Shown piece by piece: positions 33,164 to 44,989 of a stretch of DNA of 64,000 nt; position 1 is the stretch's first letter, and each line of letters starts with the position of its first letter. Both the position numbers and the translations under genes were made by a program. The notes beneath the pieces are model-generated. The model did no database searches. It was given only the letters and a program-made list of their open reading frames with translations, and had not been told where the DNA came from. The DNA comes from Mustelus asterias (lineage: Eukaryota): contig NW_027590418.1 of assembly GCF_964213995.1 (NCBI RefSeq), positions 248,001 to 312,000 of the forward strand, in the 5' to 3' direction.

Positions 33164-34841
33164 TTACTGTTTAATGAATTTCAAAATTCCAGTTACTGGA
33201 AACATCACCACATTTTTCAGATCCTCTCTGAACTGTGTCTGTGTCACTGCATAGATGCATGTGTTGGTGCAGCAACTCAGGAGTTGGAGCATAACTCCTA
33301 ATTCCTGAAGAAAATGTGGTAAACGCGACAGAAATAATTTAAACATGTACAGTCGGTCATATAAACAATAGAAGAGGAACACTGACCATAACAGGAGAAA
33401 ATTTCCCGATATTGCAAACAGTATGATGATAGATTTTCTTCTTTTCTCTATCACTGGGTCACTTGGACTTTCCCCATTCTTGTGGGTCCGAAGTCTCCTG
33501 CGGACTTTACTCAACACCACAATGTATTTAACGGTTAAAACGTTGAACAGCACAACCAACACAAAAGGAATAGTCGGGGTTAAAATATAGTGGAGACTTT
33601 CAGCTGCTGTCCATGCTGGTGAGGAGGCGACATCAAAATCTACAGAACAGAAATAGGGAGTATTGGAAAGCCAATAGCTATTCTCACACATAAAGTACCA
33701 GAAAGTGTTTTTTACAGTGAATAGCACAATCACTGTTCCTAGAACCACAGTTGCCGTTTCCTCAGTGCAGTATTTTATTTTCAGCTTCTGACAAGTCATG
33801 GCCACGAATCGATCAAAGGTAAAAGTGACAGTGAACCAGACAGAACAGTCAGTGACTGCGTAAAGCAGGACGGCATGGATATTGCACACTTTAACATGAT
33901 ACATGAAGACAAATTGATCTCTGAAACTGATGGGAATTTGCCTCAATACGAGGTCGATGATGACGACGAGTAGATCCGCCGCTGACATGGAAATTAGGTA
34001 ACGTGAGACACATTTGGAAAGTCCACACCTCCCTCGAGACAGGATAAGAATCGTCAATAAGTTCACTGCAGGGAAGTGAGAGACAATTAACTCATATTTC
34101 AGACTGAGAACAGGAGCAGTAATCTGGCAGGTTTCTGGGGAACAGCTGCAGGATTTTGTTTTACAGAGTCCAGCCTCAGAAAAACATGGATTCACCTGTT
34201 CTGCTGAGACTGGGTTCACAGTAAGAAAGCATCGCACTGAGGTATCAAGAAACTAAATTTACCAACAGAGCAGATCTCCAATTCCCTGCCTTCTCTTTAT
34301 TTGTATTTGGGAGACACAATGGTACCAATGGGTTTGGACGGAATGTTCCTGGTCTGGGTCACTCTGCTGTGGCTGTGCTGCAGACTGTGCATCTGAAGAT
34401 ATTGCATCAGTTGATTTGGAATTGGCTGTAAATCACAAAACTGGAAATTATATATTTTATTTTACTGAGGCAGGACCCTGTAGATATTAAGGCAGGAATA
34501 GTGGAAGTGGCCGGTGAAGGTGTGGTGGGAGTGGGGGGAGTGAGGAGAGGGGGTTGGTAGTGGGGAGGGGGGAGAGTGGGAAATAGAGAGCAACCACCAG
34601 GCAAGAGTAGGGAAAATGTCTGCTGGGAAGATAGAGAAATTTTCCAATTGCATTAGCACATATGCAACATGAAGTTTGCACATTATAAAATTATTAATTG
34701 GGTCTCATGGACAAGTGCAATCAACAGAGTGAAATTTAACTCACCAGCTACACCAACTGCAGCGAGGAGTGGGTAGTAAATCCTTTGGATATCGTGAAGT
34801 ACCCAAGCAACACGAAGCTCAAGTGGAATAATCCAGAACAT
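33164..34841 (-). CDS. GPR139/GPR142-like orphan class A GPCR, 2 exons (34745-34841, 33164-34065), 332 aa
   Basis: Exon 1 MFWIIPLELRVAWVLHDIQRIYYPLLAAVGVA with GTGAGT donor; exon 2 NLLTILILSRGRCGLSKC, AADLL, FTFDRF, SCCTNTCIY; seven hydrophobic segments, intact frame. Confidence 0.9.
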
Positions 34842-37234
34842 GGTTTAGTGACTCTGAGATTCAATGATCACTGGTTGTACTGGAGACCACTCTCAGTTTT
34901 AACACTGATGCGCACAATGAAAACATTCTATATTTACCGAGTGAGGAAAGTCCCCTGGTGAAACAATTAAATGATGTGCGGAATGACATTAATCACGATC
35001 AATGAACAAACATGATGACTTCGGCTTTTATTGCAAAATATATGTTTATTGAAAGTCTTTTGCACTCATAGTACAGGAACTGACTGAAGGCAAACAGATT
35101 TGTCCAGCAGTTTGGTGAAAAAAGATGAATATTGATTAACACTATGTACTGAACTGAAGTGAATTAAAGGAGTTACGAATATTTCTATCACATAATGTCA
35201 GTCTACAATTTCAGAATTTGAATGAAATTGTAATCATGAAATTAGTGCAGATTCGAGATTCTTCTGTTCATGCAAGAGAGGTGCCAGAAGCAGGATGATT
35301 GGAAACATCGCACTGCTGCTATTCAGCAAGAAACAGTTTAAAATCAATAAGACAGACATTTACCCTCAAGTTGTTCACAGATAATATTTTATGGAGATTA
35401 CTCCGAGAGAGGGGTAAATCACGTGTCCAAACTACTTTCGGAAACACATGTACAATTTCTGGTATCTTTGGAGATGAGTGAGGATGTGTCCTGTATCATT
35501 CATTCAAACTTTCATCTTCTTCCTTATGCCATGTTCCTTGCAGTCTGTGTGGAAGCTATTCCCTCGATCTTGAACTGTTGCATTCTCGAAATGTCTTGGA
35601 CTTTCAACTAACTTATCCTGGTAATATTCAAAGCCTTCGATTACTTTTGATTGGTAGATTGAAAAAGAAAGTATCAGTCCAGAGTTTTTGTAAAACTGGC
35701 AATGAAATATTATTTAATCTGAAATATACCCGATATAATTTTATAAGTACCCTTTCAGTTTGCAAACCTCTGGTGAAAATAGAACAGTAGAAAGTCGATG
35801 GTGCGAACAGTGGTCATTCAGCTGATCGTGTGGCGCTGGACACAACAGCGACAAATGGAGCTAGTAGCTCCTTTTAATACCACACTCTAACAAGTGACCC
35901 GAGGCTTTGACGGTTGCATCACTGTGGATGGAGAACCCATATTAGAAATAATGTGTATACTCCTACGTCTCGTTATTTTATGGGAAATATAATTGCAGTC
36001 GAGGCGGTCCAGTTCAGATTTTCCAGATGATTTAACAGGAATCGGTGGGTTTCCTTTTGGAGATGGTTGGCCAGGTTCTCCCTGCACAACCACTAAACCT
36101 CCTCACGCCTGGACTAGTGCTGTATGTACATTCAGCATCAGCAATTGAGCTCCAACTTCTATCAGTCACCTCTCCCCACTCCAACTCTGTAGAGAACTAC
36201 AGAACCTTTGCCTCTCTTAATAAACCGCCCCACATCAACATCGTCCTCATACTCCTATCTTTTCCGCCTCTCTCTCATTCTGTTTTTCATCGGCCAGATT
36301 GTGTGTCATAATGCGTGTTTATTTTATTCATATCGGGCTCTGTATTGGGACCTCTGCTGTTTGTGATTTATATAAACGATCTAGAAGAAGGTGTAACTGG
36401 GGTGATCAGTAAGTTTGCGGACGACACGAGACAAGGTTAACGCTATTAATTAGAAACATTGCACTGATATTTTCCTACAGACTACCCTGTGACCGTTCGC
36501 CATGAAATGCAATGGTTTACAAAGTTCACTCTCTAAGTCTCTTCTGCCATAACATTGACAATTCATCACAGGTGCTTGTCCTAAATATACCACTGTTCAC
36601 AGTGAAATGTCACTTCGCAACATTATTTCCTGTAATTTACAGCTGTCACCTGTGGGAGCGGTGAACTGTAGTTTTATGTAGTTTCGGTTAAACATAAATT
36701 CTTGGAGAGCCACCTGGTGGAATGATCTGTGTAAACACAAATATTCTCGAATATTGCGGAATTGAATATTGCGGAACTCAGCCTTTTCCCTCTGCTCTCT
36801 CCACACACAATCTACAAGATACAAACAGGAAAGATGGATTCCAGGAGAGAAAGGTCACACCTGATCCTCCTCTCAATGGATTCTCTGTCGCCAGAGAGAA
36901 CATTCCAGCTCCTACAGAAAGTCACAACTGATTCATGTCAGGGACAGAATTGGAATGAATTAGACACAAGAGAGATGAAAGGTTTCTGCTCATCATAAAA
37001 AGCTAAAGAGTCACTCAATGTCATTAAGGGAGAGACCTCGCTGGTCTATCTTTGACCCAAGTCACACACTGACTCTGAATGTCCTCACAGCAACTTGGGG
37101 GATGGACATTTCTAAAGGACTATTCATGGCTTTAGGGTTTCCAAAAGAGTTTCACCGACAATGGAGCGCTTTTGAAATGTTGTCAGTGTTATTTAGGAAA
37201 TAAGCAAACTTTTGACGCCACACGCATTGAGTGC

Positions 37235-39830
37235 AGCTTTATAGAACCATTGTTAGGCCGCACTTGGAATATAGTGTTCAATTCTGGTTGCCACACTACT
37301 AGAAGGATGTGGAGGCTTTGGAGACGGTACAGAAAAGATTTACCAGGATGTTGCCTGGTATGGAGGGCATTAGCTATGAGGAGAGTTTGGAGAAACTTGG
37401 TTTGTTCTCACTGGAATGACGGAGGCAAGGGGGGTGACCTGATAGAAGTCTACAAGATTATGAGAGGCATGGACAGAGTGGATAGTCAGAAGCTTTTTCC
37501 CAGGGTTGAAGAGTCAATTACTCGGGGGCACAGGTTTAAGGTGTGAGGGACAAGGTTGAAAGGAGATGTATGAGGCAAGTGTTTTACACAGAGAGTGGTG
37601 GGTGCCTGGAACTCGCTGCTGGGAGAGGTAGTGGAAGAAGGGTGGTGAATCTCTGGAATTCTCTGCCCACTGAAGTGGTGGAGGCTACCTCGTTGAATAT
37701 GTTTAAATCACGGAGAGATGGATTCCTGATCGGTAAGGGAATTAGGGGTTATGGGGATCAGGCGGGTAAGTGGAACTGATCCACTTCAGATCAGCCATGA
37801 TCTTATTGAATGGCAGGGCAGGCTCGAGGGGCTAGATGGCCTACTCCTGCTCCTATTTCTTATGTTCTTATCTCAGTCCTAAATGTCCTGCCCCCTTACT
37901 CTGCGACTATGCCATGGTTCGAGACACCACCCCCCGCCCCCCCCCCCCCCGCCAGCCAGGGGAAACATCCTTCCTGTATCTACTCAGCTAATGTTTGGGG
38001 GTTGGGGAGAGTTATAAAACAAAGAGATCTCGGGGTACAGGTTCATAGCTTCTTGACAGTGGAGTCACAGGTGGACAGAGTGGTGAAGAAGGCATTCAGC
38101 ATGCTTGGTTTCATTGGTCAGAACATTGAATGCAGGAGTTGGGACGTCTTGTTGAAGTTGTACAAGACATTGTTAAGGCCACGCTTGGAATACTGTGTAC
38201 AGTTCTGGTCACCCTATTTTAGAATGGATATTATTAAACTAGAAAGAGTGCAAAAAAGATTTACTAGGATGCTACCGGGACATGATGGTTTGGGTTTTAA
38301 GGAGAGGTTGTACAGACTGGGACTTTTGTCCCTGAAGTGTAGAAGACTGAGGGGTGATTTTATAGAGGTCTATAAAATAATGAGGGGCATTGATCAGCTA
38401 CATAGGCAATATCTTCTCCCAAAGGTCGGGGAGTCTAAAACTAGAGGGCATAGGTTTAAGGTGAGAGATACAAAAGGGTCCAGAGGGCAATTCTTTTCAC
38501 ACAGAGGGTGGTGAGTGTCTGGAATGAGCTGCCAGGGGCAGTAGTAGTGGCGGGTACAATTTTATGTTTTAAAAAGCATTTAGACAGTTACATGGGTAAG
38601 ATTGGTATAGAGGGATATGGGCGAAACACAGGCAATTGTGATTTGCTTAATGGTAAAAACTGGACGGCATGGACAAGTTGGGCCAAAGCGCGTTTCCATG
38701 CTGTAAACCTCTATGACTCGACCCTGCTGAGCCCTGTAAGAATTGTCCAAGTTTGAATGAGGTCACCTCTCATGCTTCTCAAGTGCATAAAGTAAAAGTC
38801 CAGTTTATTTTCTTTCCTCAGAGGATAATCCCTCCATCCCAGGAATTAATGCAGTGAAATGTCATTGAAGTCCCTCTCGGACAAGAATGTCTTTCCTTAG
38901 GTAAGAGGATAAAACTGTCCACAACACTCCGTGTGTGGTTTCACCACTAATTCAGCCTCTCCACATCTCCTTGAAGAGTCTACATCCTCCTCACAACTCA
39001 CACTTCCACCTGCTTTCCTGTCATCTGCAAACTCGGAAATATTACATTTGATCCCAAACGTCCAAATCAATGATATGGATTGTGAATAGCTGGGCTCCCG
39101 AGTACTGATCCTTGTGATAAGCCGCTGGTCACAGCCTGCCACCCTGAAAATGACCCATTTGTACCTCAGCTCTGTTTTCTCTCTGTTAACCATTTCTCAA
39201 TTCATGCCAGTATTATCAGGGTAAATACGTTGCATCACGGGGAAAGGGCCTGGGTGGGAATGTTGTTAGCTCAGGCTCGATGGGCTGTATGGCCTCCTTC
39301 TGCACTGGAGGGATTCCATGATTCTAATATGTACATATGTCAGTGAAGGTGGCAGGGCACTTTGAGAGAGCAGTAAATGAAGTATATGGTATCCCAGCTT
39401 TTATTAATGGAGGAATTGAGGACAAGAGTAAGGAGTTCATATTGAACTTGTATAAGACACTTGTTAGGCCTCATCTGGAGACTGCGCCCAGTTCTGGGCA
39501 CCGTACTTGAGGAGGGATGTGAAGACATTGGAGAGAGTGCAGAGGAGATTCACAAGAATGATTCCAGGGAATAAGATCCGTAGCTACGAGGGTAGATTGG
39601 AGAGGTTGGGACTGTTTTCCTTGGAGAAAAGAAGGCTGAGGTGAGACTTGAGAGAGAGATTCAAGATCCTAAGGGGTATCCACAGGTTAAAGAGTGAGAA
39701 ACTCTTCCCTCTCAAGAGATGGTCATGAACTAGTGGGCACAGATTCTAAATGATGGGGAAATGGATCAGAAGTGAAGTGAGGAAAAGCACTTCATCAAGA
39801 GGGTGTTTGGAATCTGGAACAATCTTCCTG
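37235..39830. mobile_element. Mosaic of decayed CR1 fragments in both orientations
   Basis: Repeated RPxLEYCVQFWSP / RGDLIEVYKIM motifs with frameshifts. Confidence 0.85.
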
Positions 39831-41497
39831 AAAGCCTGTTCCAATATTCAATAAGATCCTGGCTGATCTGTGATCTAACTCTCTGTCTCTTAACCCCTTG
39901 GACTAAGGAAAATCTATCAACCCCAGATTTAAAATAATAACAAGTGACTGAGCATCAATAGCCATTTGCAGAAGATTGTTTCAAACTCACTCCACACCAC
40001 ATCTGGCAATGTTTCCATTTCTACAATTCCAAAATTCTAAACTGAGGTTAACATTCAAATATTCCAAAATCCTGGAGTTCCCAGCCAGCAGAAAAAACTT
40101 GTTCTTTATCAGCCTCTCCCTTTCCCTCATTATTTTCAATGTTTGATTAAATCAGCCCCCAACTTAAATTCCAGCGGTGAAGAATAATGTTTCATCTGCA
40201 CTGTTCATCAAATGTTCCCAACACAAATACTGTAATGGGCTAAATACAGAGTAAAATCACCTCTGCTCTGTCCAAGGAATGTTTCAGCACAGATTTTTAT
40301 TTTGAAGTTTAGGAAAAACAGGAATCAAATTGCTCAGCATCCCAGTGTGGCCTCCTGTTTATTTCAATCAGCCCTTCACATTCAAACATGAAGTTGAAGC
40401 TTCGAATACTGTCTGTGGCAGCGTTTGTGGATTCAGTTGTTCTCCTGCTTTTTCACTTATCTGAAGGATTTGAATTATAGACATTGTTTAATCATTCCTT
40501 TCTCTCAGCACATGGAACTTGTGAATCTTCAAGGCAGACAATCTCATGTAATTAACAACAAACTGCATCTTTATTCATCCGTCCATTTCCTATCTCTGAA
40601 TGGATCACACACATTTCCAGAATGCAGGAAGCTCTCAATGGAAACTGCTTCCAATTATTCCCCAATACAATTGTTCACACTTTACTGTGAACTACATTCC
40701 ACTGACATTCCCAAAGCAGCCACAGAAAAGTGACTGGTTATTTTAAACATTGAACCTGAACTATTTGAGCTGATGATTCACTCACATTGTACAGAAATGT
40801 TGACCCTGTTTTGATGAGAGTGATCAGATTAACATTGTAACATGAAGACAGCCTCCGTACTGAGATTCACCACATTTACAACAATTCCGCAATATCAGAT
40901 CCATTGCTGTGTGTTTTGTGTGAATCCAGCTGTGAAATATCTGGACATTTGGAGCTTCCACTGTTTCTGTCATTTCATCATTTATTAAAGTACGCTGTTC
41001 TGTCCCTTTTAAATCTAAGTTGTGTCAAATTACATTTCCCTGCACTGAAACCTCTCCACCAGTTTTGTCCATGTACAAAATATGAATAACTCTTTGCAAT
41101 CTGATGTTTCCAGCTATGCTGCTTACAATGCTGTCTAATGTTTTGTGTCATCGGCAAACCAGGATGTGTAACATTCAGTCACATTAAATGGTCAATAAAT
41201 ATGTNNNNNNNNNNNNNNNNNNNNNNNNNNNNNNNNNNNNNNNNNNNNNNNNNNNNNNNNNNNNNNNNNNNNNNNNNNNNNNNNNNNNNNNNNNNNNNNN
41301 NNNNNNNNNNNNNNNNNNNNNNNNNNNNNNNNNNNNNNNNNNNNNNNNNNNNNNNNNNNNNNNNNNNNNNNNNNNNNNNNNNNNNNNNNNNNNNNNNNNN
41401 NNNNNNNNNNNNNNNGTCAATGTATTTGAATCTCAAATATGTGCAGTTGGAGGCCATTTGACCCATCGAGCCTGCTCCCCCACTCACACAGATCATG

Positions 41498-41501
41498 ACA
41501 A

Positions 41502-41533
<32 letters not shown>

Positions 41534-41820
41534 ACACACACACACACAGACAAAGAGAGAGGCACACAGACACTCACGGACACACACACACAGAGAGACA
41601 CAAACACACACTCACGGACACACACGCACACACGCAGAGAGACACAAACACACTCACAGACACACATGCACAAAGACACAGAGAGAGAGACACACACAGA
41701 CACACACTCACTCACAGACACACGCAGAGATACACAATCACACACACAGAAACACACATTGAAATAGACACTTGCACACACTTAGAAACTGTCTCTCTCT
41801 CTCACACACACACACACACA
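41498..41820. repeat. (CA)n-rich microsatellite region
   Basis: Direct inspection; follows an N gap at 41205-41414. Confidence 0.95.
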
Positions 41821-42170
41821 GAAATACAAAAACATAAGCGCACCGACACTCTCATTCCTATTTCTGTTTTACTCCTCAATGCCCCAACTAAAAAGTACTG
41901 GGATCTGAACTTGAAATGCTGGAACTGATCATGGAGGAACGAGTGGGGCCTAATAGACACTGAGAAGTTAACTTGTGTGTGAATCATAGAATGGTGACAG
42001 CACAGGAGGCCATTCAGCCCGTCTAGCCTGGATCGACACACTGCAAGAGCAGTTTCACTATTCCCAATCCTCCACCCTCTCCCCGTAACCCTGTCAATAT
42101 TTTCCCTTCAGCTTCCCATTCAGCTTTCCTCTTGATGGAATCTTCTCCCACCTCTGACTCAGGCAGAACA

Positions 42171-42395
42171 TGATGTGGAGATGCCGGCGTTGGACTGGGG
42201 TAAACACAGTAAGAAGTTTAACAACACCAGCTTAAAGTCCAACAGCTTTATTTGGTAGCAAAAGCCACACAAGCTTTCGGAGCTCCAAGCCCCTTCTTCA
42301 GGTGAGTGGGAATTCTGTTCACAAACAGGGCAGATAAAGACACAGACTCAATTTACATGAATAATGGTTGGAATGCGAATCCTTACAGCGAATCA
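42171..42395 (-). mobile_element. Penelope-like element end with hammerhead core
   Basis: Minus strand CACCTGAAGAAGGGGCTTGGAGCTCCGAAAGCTT. Confidence 0.7.
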
Positions 42396-42454
42396 AGGCA
42401 GAACATTCCAGATACCAGCAGTCACGACGTTAAAAACATTTCCTCATCACAGAT

Positions 42455-44560
42455 TCATACAGTGCAGAAGAGACCCTTCGGCCCATCGAGTCTGCACCGA
42501 CACGTGAGGACCACCTAACATACCGACCTCACCCCATTTACCAGCACTTGGCCCATAGCCCTGAATGTGATGATGTGCCAAGTGCTTATCCAGCTACTTT
42601 TTAAAGGATGTGAGGCAACTTGCCTCGACCAACCTCCCAGGCAGCGCATTCCAGACTGTCACCACCCTGTGGGTAAAACAGATTTTCCTCACATCCCCCC
42701 TAAACCTCCTGCCCCTCACCTTGAACCTATGTCCCCTCGTGACTGACCCTTCAACTAAGGGGAACAGCTGCTCCCGATCCACACTCTTCATGTCTCTCAT
42801 AATATTGTCCACCTCAATCAGGTCGCCCCCCCAGTCTTCTCTGCTCCAATGAATACAACACAAGCCTACTCAACATCTCAGTTTTAATTTTGTTTATTAG
42901 TGTCACAAGTAGGCTTGCATTAACACTGTGAAGTTACTGTGAAAATTCCCCAGATGCCACACTCTGGTGTTCGGTTACACTGAGAGAAAATTTACCACGG
43001 CCAATGCACCCTAACCAGCACATCATTCACACTGTGGGAGGAAACCGCAGCACCCAGAGGAAAGGCACGCAGACACGGAGAGAACGTGCAGACTCCACAC
43101 AGACAGTGGCCTAAGCCGGGAATCGAACCTGGGTCCCTGGCGCTGTGATGCAGCAGTGATAACAACTGTGCCACCGTGTGGCCCATAGCTCTCTTCATAG
43201 CTGAAACACTCCAGCTCAGATGCATCCTGGTGAATCTCCTCTGCATCCTGTCCAGTCCATTCACACCCTTCCTATAATGTGGCGACCAGAACCGCACACA
43301 GTACTCCAGCTGTGGCCTCACCAAAGTTTTATACAGCTCCAACATGTCTACCCTGCTTTTGTCATCTATGCCTCGACTGAAAAAGGCAAGCGTTCCGCAT
43401 GCCTTTTACACCGCTCCACTAACATGCAAATCAGCAAATGAGAAATATTAGGGATGGATGAGTCCTTGGCAGCATGGATTAGAAGTTTGGTAAGAGATAG
43501 GAAACAGAGGGGAGGTAGAGATGGGCATTTCTCAGACTGGAGACGAGTTGAAAGTGGTGTTCCCCAGGGATCAGTGTTGGGATCCTTGCTTTTTCTGATT
43601 TATATTAACAGCTCAGCGACGGGGGTTGAACGCACAATCTCCAAATTTGCAGATGATGCTGAGCTCGGGAGAAGAGTGAATTGTGAGGATGACACTGAGC
43701 GACTTCAGAGGGACGTGGACAAGTTGGCCAAATGGGCAGACCACCTGGCAGATAAATTTCAATGCAGCGAAATGGGAGGGAATGCATTTTGGTGGAAGAA
43801 ACATGGGGAGACGATACAGACTCAATGGTACAACGTTGAGGGGACTACAGGAGCAGATGGGCCTTGGGTTTCAAGTGATTCATTCTCTGAAGGTGGCCAG
43901 GCAAGATGAAACAGTTGTTAAGAAGCCTGATAGGATCCTTGGGTTTATAAAGAGAGGCATAGAGTATAAAAGCAAGGAAGTGATGCTACACCTCTACAAA
44001 TCATTGGACAGATCACATTCGGAGCACTGGGATCAGTTCTGGGCACCTTATTTAAGGAAGGACGTTAAAGTCCTCGAGAGAGGCAGAGAGAGAGAGAGTG
44101 CAAAGGAGATTCACTAGAATGATTCCAGGAATGAGAGATTTTAGATCCAAGGAAAGATGAGAGAAATTGGCCTTATTCTCCTTGGAGCAGAGAAGATTAA
44201 GAGGTGACCTTATCGAGGTGTTCAGAATGATGAACAATGTTGACAGGGTGAAGAAGGATATTCTGTTTCCACTCGTTGGTGTGTCAGTGACGAAGGGGTC
44301 ACAATTTCAAGATGGTCAGAAAGGGAGCTGGGAGTGAGATGAGGAGAAACTTCTTTACTCGGAGAGTTGTTAGGATTTGGAATGCGCTGCCTGGGAGAGA
44401 GGTGGAGGCAGATTCCATAGGAGTATTCAAAAGAGAGGCGGATACATATTTGAAAGTGATTGATTTAGGGGGCTGAGGAGACAGGGCTGGAGAATGGGAC
44501 TCGCTGGGTGGCTCTTCCGGGATCGGGGCAGACATGATGGGCCGAATGGCCTCCTGCTGT
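42455..44560. mobile_element. CR1 fragments (- at 42455-43420 with an inserted SINE; + at 43425-44560)
   Basis: GVPQGSVLG and SKFADD motifs, frameshifted; SINE at 42890-43180. Confidence 0.85.
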
Positions 44561-44989
44561 TCTGTGATTCGAGAACACCCTTTGTGTGAAGAAGTGTTCC
44601 TTCATTTCACTTTGAAAGGGTTTCAGAATATTTTTAATATTTCAGACACTCCACCCCCTCTCTTGCCTCCCTCCCTGTCCTTCCTGAAACATCTGAATCC
44701 CGGCACCTGGAGTATCCAGTCCTGTCCCTGAGACATCCAAGTCTCCGTAATGGCCACCACATCACACTTTCAGGCATCGATCCACGCTCTGAGCTCATCC
44801 CCTTTACTCACTATACTCCTGGCATTAAAGTAAACACATCTCAATCCTTAGGTCTGAGCTCTCCCCTTCTCTATTCCCTGTCCATCCGCCCTCTTGCACT
44901 GCCCATAACCCTTCTCTGCTTGCGAGCTACCTTCCTCACTCTCAGTCACCTCATTTTTATCCCCTCCCCACAACCTATCTAGTTTAAAC

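Noticed and set aside
34066-34237. ORF-track N-terminus of the GPCR (MRCFLTV..)
   Set aside because: Intronic; the real exon 1 with IYYP..GV and a GT donor is at 34745-34841.
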